In this document: in pieces, positions 1 through 11,741 of the stretch
How the letters are laid out: the number at the start of each line of letters is the position of its first letter
How positions within the stretch are numbered: the stretch's first letter is position 1
Assembly (NCBI RefSeq): GCF_001194135.2
Contig: NC_068984.1
Span: forward strand, 62,274,635-62,328,083
Direction of reading: 5' to 3'
Origin: Octopus bimaculoides
Taxonomy: Eukaryota
Length of the DNA: 53,449 bases
The notes under the pieces: model-generated
What the model saw: the letters and a program-made list of their open reading frames with translations, nothing else
The model's database searches: none
What the model was told of the DNA's origin: nothing
Translations under genes and position numbers: made by a program

Positions 1-77
<77 letters not shown>

Positions 78-90
78 CGTGCGTGTGTGT
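1..90. repeat. (GT)n microsatellite
   Basis: Direct GT run from the window start, with a few GC variants. Confidence 0.98.
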
Positions 91-693
91 TTACTTATGC
101 ATATACATATATACATACATAGTATATATAAAGAGAAAAGGTATGAATTATACGAGAGCGAATAAATGTGTGAAATAAAAAAGAGTGTTTCAGTTGCCCG
201 ATATATGTATTCATGTGGGATTCTTTAGTGGCACGTCACGTAGCAACTGGGTGCCCGGAAAGCAGATTACAGCGAACTGGTGCATGAAAAATCATACGTA
301 GGCTGATACTGAGTTGAGAGTCACATATTCCGACGCCTCCACAAGCACATACTCATAATTAGGCAGACATGCTATTATCTGAACAACACTGTACATCGTA
401 GAGAAGGACCACGTGCAAAACAACACAACGAACTGCCGGAATGGGTTTCATTTCGTCGTGAGGATAAGTCACTGCAATCTCCATCATCCTGATTGTCCTT
501 ATCAACATCATCATCTAGCTGGCCGCCTACACTTTTTTTCTGCAAAACGGGGGTAGTTTATCCTGTTCAGGCTATATTATTAGCATTATCCTACATTTGA
601 GAATTTAAAATCACTTCTTTAACTTTCTAAGACATCTCAACGCTTCTAAAAGCAAACTTCGTTTGTTTGTTTACGTTTATCGTAATTTGAATT

Positions 694-716
694 CATCATT
701 ATTATTATTATTATTA

Positions 717-763
<47 letters not shown>
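694..763. repeat. (ATT)n microsatellite
   Basis: Direct trinucleotide run with CAT variants. Confidence 0.95.
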
Positions 764-765
<2 letters not shown>

Positions 766-837
766 AATTATTATTAAAATTATATTATTAACATCATTTG
801 CAAGAAGAATAATGATAAATTACAACAAATACTAAAA

Positions 838-903
838 GAAGAAGAAGAAGAAGAAGAAGAAGAAGAAGAAGAAGAAGAAGAAGAAGAAGAAGAAGAAGAA
901 GAA
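838..903. repeat. (GAA)22 microsatellite followed by a short (CAA)n
   Basis: Direct run; it explains the poly-Leu ORF 794..1078. Confidence 0.95.
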
Positions 904-1320
904 GACCAACAACAACAACAGCAATTGTGGTGAATGAGAAATTAGCATTAACAATATCAATAGTGATACAAACGCGAAATGTGCAAAGCAGACGGCAGTT
1001 ATGATCAGCATATTTTAGTAATTGCTTTGTTCGGGAATATGAATGATTAACACAAGTTGTATTGCTCAATGACAGCAACGATCATCGATTGCAATTCGAG
1101 TGAGGAAAACGCAACAAAGAAGACCAAAAACTAGAGTATATAGAAATCCATGACCTCAAATAATCCGTAAATCTCACGTGATACGTCACTCTAAGCAAAA
1201 TTACACAAAACTCCTCAAGACTTTTAGTTGCATACTATTGTGACAAGTACCTTTATCAGAATGATCTTTATAGTTCAGTGAGTCATCCATGCTGGCTGTA
1301 AAGTAGAATTATCTACATTA

Positions 1321-1358
1321 GGCGTTGGCGTGACTGTGTGGTAAGAAGCTCGCTTCCC
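1321..1358 (+). mobile_element. Truncated tRNA-derived SINE head (same family as 27845 and 38969)
   Basis: ggcgtgactgtgtggtaagaagctcgcttccc matches the heads at 27845 and 38969. Confidence 0.55.
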
Positions 1359-1659
1359 GCGCATGCGTTGGTTGTCGTTTTCTTCATGTGAACGCCTGAG
1401 TGAGGCATGGGGAATGGTGGAGAGTAATGAAGAACTTACAGACATTGGAAATTTTGAGGACTAAAGTTTTTTACTGTAAGAAGTGTAAAAGCCTCGTTTA
1501 AATTGTAATAAGTTTGTAACCACATATTCTGTAAATTACAAGAGAGAACATTGTTTTCGGCAGACGGTGGTCGGCGGGCGTCATTTGTCTCCCCCATTTT
1601 ATCATTTAATTTTATAATCATTCATCTCATTAATGCCCTAGTCTAGCCCGCAACTGCTT

Positions 1660-2874
1660 CTCCTGTGTAATGCACTTGTGGCAAATTATATGAAACAAAG
1701 AAGTTTGCTTCCTAAACAAACGGTTCCGAGTGTTTCCTGAGTTGTTTGTTACGGTGAGTTGCTGTTGTTTTGTTACTCTTGTTTATTGGACGCATCAGGT
1801 ATGACCTGATTGGCAGCAGCGCAGAGAGAACAAGCTATCTGCCGATTGCAAGCAGGGCAGCTTGCCCTAGTTATTTCGAAAGGTTACAATCTCCATGTCA
1901 GCACCATCTATCGCTTGCAACAGCAATACAACACCAATAGCACTGCAGACCGTGCTTGCAGAGGGCTCCTTCCGGGTGGCCACGCTCAGGCAGGACCGCT
2001 TCATCCACCTGGAACACATCTGTGATCGTTTCAGACCAGCCAGCGTGACAGCTCGCGAGACCATTGGCACTGGACAGAGAGCCATCAGCGACGACAGGGT
2101 ATGACGTCGACTGGACGCCAACAACCTGCGTTGTTGTCGTTCCGCTTGAAGCCCTATCCTCACCGCTCGCCGACGACTGGCACGGCTATAGTGGGCCACA
2201 CAACACCAACATTGGCAGCATCAACAATGGAGGTCGATAGTCTTCTCCGACGAGAGCCGTACTGCGTTTCCACCTCGGATGGCAAAGTGAGGGTGTGGCG
2301 TAGAAGGGTAGAATGCTACAGAGACGCATGGGGTGGCCAAAGCATAATGGTTTAGGGTGCTATAGGTCTGAATCAGAGAACTTGGCCCTGTGTGTTCCAG
2401 AATGTTGGTACAGGCAGAGGGAATGGCATCACAGCGCAGCGCTATGTTGACCAGATCCTAAGATCTCAGATTATAACCCAATTGAACACCTGTGGCATGA
2501 AATCCAGAGACGGCTGAGCCAGATGGTCCCAACGCTGACAAATCATGTGAAAGTGGAAGCAGCTTTCTTCAGGGTGTGGGCACAGATACCAATGGTTTTT
2601 GTGACCCGCCTTATGCACTCCATGTACCGAGGGTGTATAGCCGTTTTGGACACCCAGGGAGGGCATACACGGTATTGAACATGTCACGCCCTACAATCTC
2701 GATGTGCTGGATCTGCCCACTACCGGAACACATGACCACGACCGATAGGCTGTGGTCAAAGTGCATCTAAGAAATTTGACTTTATCAGATTTACCAAAAC
2801 CTATCTCTGACATAATGAAATTTAAAACATATTTTACAGTCACACACGTCTCGCATTTCTTTTGTGGTTCAGTG
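1660..2874 (+). mobile_element. Tc1-family DNA transposon relic; right TIR present, left TIR not found (left boundary approximate)
   Basis: Contains the transposase relic below. The right end reads ...cttttgtggttCAGTG|TA (2870-2876), a Tc1-type terminus with TA target; no inverted copy was seen upstream. Confidence 0.8.
1801..2678 (+). pseudogene. Tc1-like transposase pseudogene
   Basis: Pieced across frames: M(T*)LAAAQREQAICRLQAG...LHVSTIYRL (paired-like HTH), DRFIHLEHICDRF, VFSDES (first D at 2249), DGKVRVWRR, WGGQSIMV, RYVDQILR, PDYNPIEHLW (E at 2484), GGHTRY*. It has stops and frameshifts, and an internal deletion near 2465 removes the second catalytic D region. Confidence 0.9.
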
Positions 2875-5800
2875 TATATGCTTCAACAGACGAACATATA
2901 TAAAACTCTACTATTTTTAGCATCTACGTCTGTAATAATTTGACTTAAAGGTCAATGTGAGACATTGAATTATCATATTTTAAATGTCGTTTCCCATTTT
3001 AACATAAATTCATCCACATGTGCATTGCATTATAAATATATAAATCGCTTCCAACTGTTTCATGAATCGGCCTGTGAGGTGTTAAAGACAAAGCTGATCG
3101 GTGTGAAGATTAACTTAGAATATAAAGGGTCGTTACCCGATGCTCCAGTGGTTCCACCAATCTAACGTGGTGTATTAAATGCGTATGAAGGTGACAAAGA
3201 ATAGGAAATTGAATTTAACATATCTTGTTCTTCATAGATTATTTTTTCATCTACAGTTGCAAATATATTTTTCCAAGCCGAAAGTATTTGCATGCAATTT
3301 GTAGTATGTAAATTACAAATAAGAGGCAGTTATCAAGTATAGATAAGTCAATACGCGGAAAAAAAATAGCAATAGCCGAAGATAAAGTAAAGTTGGTTTC
3401 GAAGAACAAATAGATTGAATGGAGAACAAAGGTTGTAATATAGTGGATGAGCTAATCTATCTTATGAATGATGCGAAACATAAAGAAAGAATAGGATTGA
3501 AGAGGTTTTGTATAAATATAATAATCTAAGTTGTACTAATGGAATAATTAGTTCCATTTCATAGTTATAATGGACTATTCTTTATTTTGTAAATAGAAGG
3601 CAATTATAATGACGTTTAGCATTTAAACAAACCTGGCTTATGAATGAATTCTCAAACCAAAAAGACTCCCACCTCTCACTGTTTTATTTTTTTCTTGCAT
3701 TTATCTGCGCATCTTTGTTCTTCGTTCGGAATAAATTTGAACGATTTTTTTTTCTTTTCTTTAAGCACGCACATAATATTACGTCCCACACTTATACAGA
3801 CTGGCTTGCAAACAAGACGACAGACAAATACATTGTTTGAAAAGCAAACAGATACATGCATCGATTTTTATCAAGAGAATCAAAGCAGTATTTATATCAT
3901 ATGTCTCTCTATAGTTCAAACAGATCAGTTTTATGTAATCCTGCTCTAATTCAGCTAAATTACTTTCCAGCATATAGAGATCGTCGTTATTAACATAATG
4001 TTCGTACAAACTGAAAATTTATTCATTGTTGCCTTTATTATTTGCCAATATATGTCATTGCTTATTTTCGTATTTCGAGACTAGGTCGGATTATAGAGAT
4101 TTCTTCTAAATGCGTAAATCTAGACTGTGTAACCTTGACATTACTCTCTTAATCAAGTCTAGATACAAAGGAAATCTAAAAATTAACATCGAATATCAGC
4201 CGTATTACTCAATTATAATACAAAATATCATTTTTATATACTTGTTCGAAAATGCCAGAAAATTTAGAATTCGAAGAATTCGATAAAATATTTAAAATTC
4301 TGTATCATACATTACCATGAGTTGTTCAATGTGCTGGAGTACCAAACATTAACGCACTGACATTTCTATCTCATCATACCACATGTATTGTCCTCTAGTT
4401 GTCATGAAGTAATTTACCAAAGACGATCGCCTGCTTTTTCCAAAATTGCACAAAACAAAAAACAAAGAAGAAAAAACACCAGCCATTTGAGATAGATTCG
4501 GAGTTTTTGATACATTCAAGCTTCACAATTCAAACTAAAATTATTAATTATAAAATAAAATATGTCTAATGAAAAACCCTTCAGATTGTTTACACAGACA
4601 ACACGACTTCTATATCTAAGTAACAAAATATGAATCAAGCTTCACTGACTTAATCTGAAAATAGTAAGCAATCTGAAAATATTCGGTTTCTGATATATTA
4701 AAATAAATATTTTGAAATAAAGCTTGGAAGTAATTTCAAATATCAATCTAAAACATGGAAATAATTTCGAATAACAAAGAATTTATTAACAATTTCACAT
4801 TGTCCGCCATGTTATATTTTATGAAGTAAGAATACAAATTTGACTCATGAACCCCAAAACATGGATTTATCAAGATTGTAAAACGCAAGCTTGTTCATAT
4901 TCTTTCAAAGCATCTTCACATTATCTAAAAGAATACTGCAATATCATACAATGATCAACACAATATTCCTGTTCACACTATTGAGACTGCCAAGAGCAAA
5001 TTGTAAATTAGGAATTTACAGAACTGATCATCATATTATATGCAATTCCTAGATGTACTAAAATCTTGGATACTTTCAAGGAAATATGAGATCTCGTGCT
5101 AAGAGTACGCTACATGTCAAATAATATTATTTGCTTGTTCTGTGTTAAATTGAAAAAAAAACCAATTTCAAATGTATTTGCATCAATTATCAACAGTAGT
5201 CACGTTATTATTTTAATTTTCTTCAAGAAATTTGTACTCAGGAAAATAATTCATACATGTGTTTCGAAAATGATATGAATAATATTTTAGTGTTACATCA
5301 AGAATAAAATAGAATAATAAACAGTAATACAGCTATATGAAGGTAAGTTATATTGGAAATATTTGGTGTTAACATTCACATATAATGCTACTTTATATAT
5401 TCTAGATTAAATCGCTTTCACCAAAAAATTATTGAAAAAAAAAAATAGATACAACAGAGCTAAATTTAGATACTGAAGTGACCTAAAGTTTTGTAAGTTT
5501 AAATCATCCATGGAGAAACTAATTGATTTAACGATACAATTTAAAATTTCATAAAACAGATTTGCATTATAAACAGAAAACAAGCATATTATTTAGAAAC
5601 ACTTGTTTCCGCATGTTAAATCAATAGCTCAGTCAACTCAAAAGCAATTTAATCATATTCGAATTCTGAGCAATAAGTGCATCTGTCAATTATTATTATT
5701 ATATATATATATATATATATNNNNNNNNNNNNNNNNNNNNNNNNNNNNNNNNNNNNNNNNNNNNNNNNNNNNNNNNNNNNNNNNNNNNNNNNNNNNNNNN

Positions 5801-6049
5801 NNNNNNNNNNNNNNNNNNNNNNNNNNNNNNNNNNNNNNNNNNNNNNNNNNNNNNNNNNNNNNNNNNNNNNNNNNNNNNNNNNNNNNNNNNNNNNNNNNNN
5901 NNNNNNNNNNNNNNNNNNNNNNNNNNNNNNNNNNNNATATATGCGTTTGTGTGTTTGTGTGTGCCTCTGTGTATATGTATATATGATAAATATATATGTA
6001 TACATATATATATGCATATACACACACACGCACGCACACATACAGCCAA

Positions 6050-6098
<49 letters not shown>

Positions 6099-6421
6099 AA
6101 TGCATATACGAGTGAGGGAGAAAATAGCTTTACCGTGTTTTCTTTCTTCCAATGTTTTACGTTGAAAAATAAGAATCTATATATTGAAAAGATATATATA
6201 TATATATATTGACCTAAGCACACACACGTGCATACACACGCACACACATATGTACATATATTTTTATGTTAGTGTGAATAAATATAGAACTATTTCTTGT
6301 GTGCGTATATGTATATATGCATACATGGTTGTATGGTGTATGGATAAATGTACGCGCGGGAGTCTATATGTAAACCAACTACTCTTTCGTTCTTTTATCT
6401 TATAAAGGACAGTTCCTATTT

Positions 6422-6903
6422 TATTAATTCTCCAAATTTTCTTTATGGTAATACATACCCTTCTATTAATTCTCCAAATTTTCTTTATGGTAATACATAC
6501 CCTTCTATTAATTCTCCAAATTTTCTTTATGGTAATACATACCTTTCTATTAATTCTCCAAATTTTCTTTATGGTAATACATACCCTTCTATTAATTCTC
6601 CAAATTTTCTTTAGGNNNNNNNNNNNNNNNNNNNNNNNNNNNNNNNNNNNNNNNNNNNNNNNNNNNNNNNNNNNNNNNNNNNNNNNNNNNNNNNNNNNNN
6701 NNNNNNNNNNNNNNNNNNNNNNNNNNNNNNNNNNNNTTATTAATTCTCCAAATTTTCTTTATGGTAATACATACCCTTCTATTAATTCTCCAAATTTTCT
6801 TTATGGTAATACATACCCTTCTATTAATTCTCCAAATTTTCTTTAGGGTAATACATACCCTTCTATTAATTCTCCAAATTTTCTTTAGGGTAATACATAC
6901 CCC
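6422..6903. repeat. 42-bp minisatellite (VNTR) interrupted by a gap
   Basis: Unit tattaattctccaaattttctttatggtaatacatacccttc. About 4.6 units lie before the gap and about 4 after; they are near-identical and have no spacers. Confidence 0.97.
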
Positions 6904-7397
6904 TTAATTTGTTGCCATGTTATTGTTATTCGAGAATCACAATAATGCTGCAGTAGCAGTTTCGTATTCGTTATGACTGAACGAGATATTTGTCTTTCAA
7001 CATTAACAACATGTTTCTTCCAGAAATTGGGTAGCTTTACCTTATATTTTGCAATTAATACGAAGTCTATCATTCCTATTATAACTAAATCTTAGCCGCT
7101 GTTTAATAAGTTGGCATTTATCTTAATTTTCGATGCACCCTAAGGCATTTTGGGTGTGTCTTCTTTAGGCTTTGCCCAACCTAAATTATGTGAAACGAAG
7201 TAAAAAGGAACAAACTGTGCAGGATTCCTTCATATGAACATTCTGTATTCACAGGTAGGAGAATAAGTCACTTGATCACCTCTTATAAGAATGGTAGCTT
7301 TTTGTATCTATTTTAATGTTCCAATATTTTTCCTCGTGTAGTAGTATGTAATCAGTCATCAAGGAACAGTGTTATTTGTATCATCAATATAGTAATT

Positions 7398-7600
7398 GCA
7401 TAGCTGGCAAAATCGTTAGCATGCCAGGCGAAATGCTTAGCAGTATTTCGTCAGCCGTTACGTTCAAATTCTGCCGAGATCGACTTTGCCTTTCATCCTT
7501 TCGGGGTCGATTAAATAAGTACCACTTACGCACTGGGGTAGGTGTAATCGACTTAATCCCTTTGCCTATCCTTATTTGTCCCCTCTACTTTTAGCCCCCT
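7398..7600 (+). mobile_element. tRNA-derived SINE, family A (central box resembling the MetaSINE Meta domain)
   Basis: gctggcaaaatcgttagc...ttcaaattctgccgagatcgactttgcctttcatcctttcggggtcgattaaataagtacca; homologous to the copy at 22447-22651. The domain name is from recall. Confidence 0.85.
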
Positions 7601-8523
7601 CAAGACAATAAAGAAATAAATATAGTACTTACATGCCTCTTCAATACATATACGTATGGTCCTGTTATTGTTATTTGAACTAATCGGAACTAATCAAGGA
7701 CACAATAACTAATCAATGATGCATCTGTACGCTGTTTTTTTTTTTGCTTTTTTATACTTTTACAAAATGTATACAATGCGTGCTTCACTATCGACTACAC
7801 TAATGTATGAAATGACAGAGATTTAGCTGTTGCAAATATGGTACTGCTATTGTTATTCGAACTTAAATCAGAACTAATCAAGAATAACAACCATCAGTGT
7901 AGCCTCTACCACGTGAGTTGCTCTCACATAATGTATACAATGTGTACTTCATTACTGAATAGGTTGGCTACTCTGTTCATAATGTTGAGTAACAACTCAG
8001 CATTGTTTCGCTGTATGATGTGTTATCTGAAAATAAATCGATCGTGGATCACAGTGGTGGTTTTCTCTCAGATGTTATTATGGTGGTCCTTTTGATGAGG
8101 GTTGTAATGGCTCTTGAAATATGTATGCAATAATTATGCTTTATGTAGATGCTCAATTTTTTTATATATGTGGAACCATTTATTAGAATTTTACAATTTT
8201 TACATATCTAGTCCCTATTATAGTCTATCTATCTGTCTGTCTGTCTGTTTATATGTATGTATGTATATATACATACATGCACACACACCCATACATACTC
8301 ATATACATACATACATGTATATATGTAAGTATAAATGACTTGATATGTGTATGTATTTAATTTGCGTTTAACGTTTCCACTTTTCACTTATTACAACTGT
8401 CTATAATAACAATATAGCTTCTTATACCAATCTTCGGTGAAATGAAAAAAAATGTAAGAGAACTAGAGAGAGAGACGAAAAGAGAGAGAGGGGGAGTAAG
8501 GGAGTGTAGTGTGTGAGTCAGTG

Positions 8524-8559
<36 letters not shown>

Positions 8560-8966
8560 TGCTTCATATGAAACTAATAATTGATGCCAGTCTATGAAGG
8601 TCTCCGTATTTCACAAAGAACAATGTCCACGTTCCATTTTAGCTTCTTGAAATAGCAAGTAAATTTTCCACAAATCGCACTTTACCGTGCAGATTTAAGG
8701 ATAACACAGGAAAACATTGAACACTATATTCTTTCATATAGAAAATCTCTCTCTTCCTCTCTCTGTCTTTTTCTCCCTCTCTCTCCCCCCTCTCCTCCCC
8801 TCTCTCTCTCTCTACACACACATATATATATCACGAAAATGCCCGGAGCAGCTGTTCGTTCCTAGTAAGGATAGTTGTTTTTCTTCCAAGATTTACATCA
8901 ACAAAGTTGTCGAATTCTCAGAAAGGCATAACGTATCCATGCATCTGATTCAATGAGTGTGAAAGG

Positions 8967-9054
8967 AAACTTCTCGTCCAAGAGACACGAGATATAACTA
9001 GCCAATAAGCGACTAGATTAGCGCTGACGTTCTCAAAAAAGAGTGACTCCTGCA
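8967..9054 (+). repeat. 88-bp direct repeat, copy 1 (possible promoter module)
   Basis: Ungapped match of 67/88 to 9656-9743. Contains CCAAT (9002-9006) and a TGACG half-site. Confidence 0.75.
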
Positions 9055-9655
9055 TATTTTGAATATCAAATAAGACACGATATTCATGCTCTAAATATAT
9101 GTTTAATGTGTGGTATTTTATTTGAGCGCCGAAGTGTTGACAAAATTTGCGGTTAAATAGTTTAAAAAGTATAGCCTATTGCAGCTGTATTAGAAAATGC
9201 AACGAGAATATTCCGTGTTTCTTTCTGTTAATCAACGGAGAATTTTTTAATCTTTATTAGGAATTTTACTCTTTGTAATGTGGTTTTAGTAATGTTATTT
9301 ACGTATGATTTTATGAGAGATCAACAGAGATAGAGAAACCAAAAGATTGTGACAACTTGAAATATTTTTAGTTGTGTTTAGTAAATGTTGACTTAGTATT
9401 CTTGACACCTTTGGGTAATACTTTAATGACATGGAACTTGTGGTATTAATATACTTTACTAGAAATAAGAACAAGCAAGCATGTTAGCGTACAGAAGGAA
9501 GCGTGCAGGAGATATCACTGAACATATAATAGACAGAACCTAATAGAGTACATATTTCATATAACGTCGGCTTACAGGCTTTATTTGTTCAGACTGAAAA
9601 GAAGGTGTAACAGAATGGCATACCAGTCCATACTTTATTGGGATAGTGTAGCATT

Positions 9656-9743
9656 AAACTCCTCATATAAGGGATGCAACATATAAATAGCTGATAAGAG
9701 ATTAAATTAGCACGGAAGTTCTCAAAAAAGAGAGACACCTGTA
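9656..9743 (+). repeat. 88-bp direct repeat, copy 2 (possible promoter module)
   Basis: Ungapped match of 67/88 to 8967-9054. Contains TATAAATA and TGATAA. Confidence 0.75.
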
Positions 9744-11165
9744 CTTGACAATGGCTTCAAAAACTGAAGTAGATTTCTATCTACGGAAAAAAGTAACACA
9801 AATGTGCGATTTTAATCAGACACTCGTAAACATACAAATATACAGATATATATAGACACATACATATACGTATACAAAGATATTCACATACACATATTAT
9901 TTATGTTCTTGAGAAAAAAAAAATGTTGCTGTAAAGATTTACCGAAAGAAAACCTCCACATTGGTAAATTTTTATACACGTGACTTATATGAATTCCTGC
10001 TATAGTAGATAAGTAAAATTATCAACAAATATCTAAATGAAGAAATATTGGTTTCTTCAGATATTTCGGATATGAACACCTTTACATGCTAAATAATTTA
10101 TAAGTAACAAAATATTATAGCAAGACTTAAGTGATATATATTACATTTTTCTTTTCTTTTATACACAAATATTTCTCAAGAAACAGTAAGACATAGGATA
10201 AACGTCTTGCAATAAATAGTTACTTCTTACACTGTTATATTTTCTGATACTGCTGAGCCGACTTTATCTTATATCGTTGTGAAAGAGACAGCATATAAGA
10301 ATGAATAAATTGGACCCATTTTCTAGGTTTGCAATAAAGTAAGTGAATAATGTAATATATTACAATGAATCACAGCACGAATCTGTGAGAGCTTAAAGTA
10401 ATACTGGTGGTATTCATATAAATATAGAAAATATACACAATTGTCTAATGTATGAAATGAATGTATTTAGTTTTAAGTTACATATGTATATCTAGGAAAG
10501 AATAGAATTCAATCAGAATGTGAGTGAGTAAGGAATATTCGTGTTAGGTTTTCCAAACGGCTAAAATTTAAAATATCGACAGACTCAAATAGTACTGCAA
10601 GTTCTACAATAGATTTAGGCTACAAACGTCTTCGAATTAACAATATTTCTATGTTAACCATATACATACATATGTGCGTCTGTGCTTATAAATCTGTATG
10701 TATATATATATGTGTGGGGGGGGTGTCTGTGTGTGGGTATGTATGTATGTATGTATGTATGTAGAAATAACGTTTTCCTAGTGTTCTCGTTACTCTTTTG
10801 CTTGGAGTTTACTATTTCCCTTCTTCTTTTTCAGATAATCATGATCAAAATATCGGCATCAACAGGCATTAATAAAAGGGATGTTATTTTAATGCCATTC
10901 ATAAATATTAATAGTTATCAAGTGACTAACAACAAAATGTCGTTAGTGAACGGTGTGTTCATTTAAAAAGAAAGGAAGAAAATATTTGATTACGTGTGTT
11001 TTTAGAAAACAAAAACTGAAAATATGCCTGATTAATTGCAAATATTTTCATTTCTTCAATGCAAATTAATTCAGGGAGAACCAAATCAATTACACATGGT
11101 TGAACACTACCAAGCAAATTTATTTAGTGAAGATCAAACATTATTTTCTAACTGAATTGTTCAAC

Positions 11166-11741
11166 ATGGATAGGATACAAGAAATCGTTAAGACAGACGA
11201 AGGTACAAATTCAGAACCAGAAATTCTAAAGCTATGTGATATTGATGAAGATGAATGGAACTATTCTCCGAATATGGATAAAAACCAAACCTCTTCGAAT
11301 GAAAATGTGTGTATTTCAGACACCAGTACATTAGAAATTAATACAAATACATTAGATAATATTGATTATAAAAATAAGCCATCAAAGAAGCAGCGTCGTT
11401 TTGGCATTTTTTACATAAAAAGCAGAGATGAAAAAGACTGTGTCAGTAATGGGAATGAAGCTGTAGACATTGAACAAATTTCAGAATTAAACGATGTTGT
11501 CCGAAAAAAAAGTTGGTTGTTGTTTAGATCAATGGGTAATATTCCAAATCCTGAAGTATTTAAATGCAAGCGTTTTCATTTTCGCCGAAATGCTATTTGT
11601 GACCCATTTAATTTACTGATGCCTCAAAAACACAGAGAAGTGACCGAAAAGGCAGCACAGAAAAGAAAAGGTTCAGTTTTCAGAAGAATAAAAATTTTCT
11701 TCCAAGTACAATTAAATATTGACGGTGAAGAAGATTTATGA
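11166..11741 (+). CDS. Putative host coding exon or gene: 191-aa hydrophilic, probably disordered protein with a PKI-like motif
   Basis: Frame open from 11070 to 11741 in non-repetitive AT-rich DNA. ATG in good context (aacATGg). Candidate acceptor ...aattcag|g at 11074/11075. Acidic N-half and basic C-half. AATAAA at 12486. It could instead be a terminal exon of a longer gene, coding from 11075. Confidence 0.6.
   Translation: MDRIQEIVKTDEGTNSEPEILKLCDIDEDEWNYSPNMDKNQTSSNENVCISDTSTLEINTNTLDNIDYKNKPSKKQRRFGIFYIKSRDEKDCVSNGNEAVDIEQISELNDVVRKKSWLLFRSMGNIPNPEVFKCKRFHFRRNAICDPFNLLMPQKHREVTEKAAQKRKGSVFRRIKIFFQVQLNIDGEEDL

Noticed and set aside
4804-4813. YY1-type motif CCGCCATGTT
   Set aside because: A single isolated 10-mer with no other promoter evidence.
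6422-6903. Regular repeat array as a possible CRISPR
   Set aside because: Units are contiguous with no unique spacers, there are no cas genes, and the context is eukaryotic.
6885-7073. Minus-strand KVKLPNFWKKH resembling the KLPxFW start of some gypsy-type Gag proteins
   Set aside because: Only a short motif; no LTR, pol or further similarity is visible.
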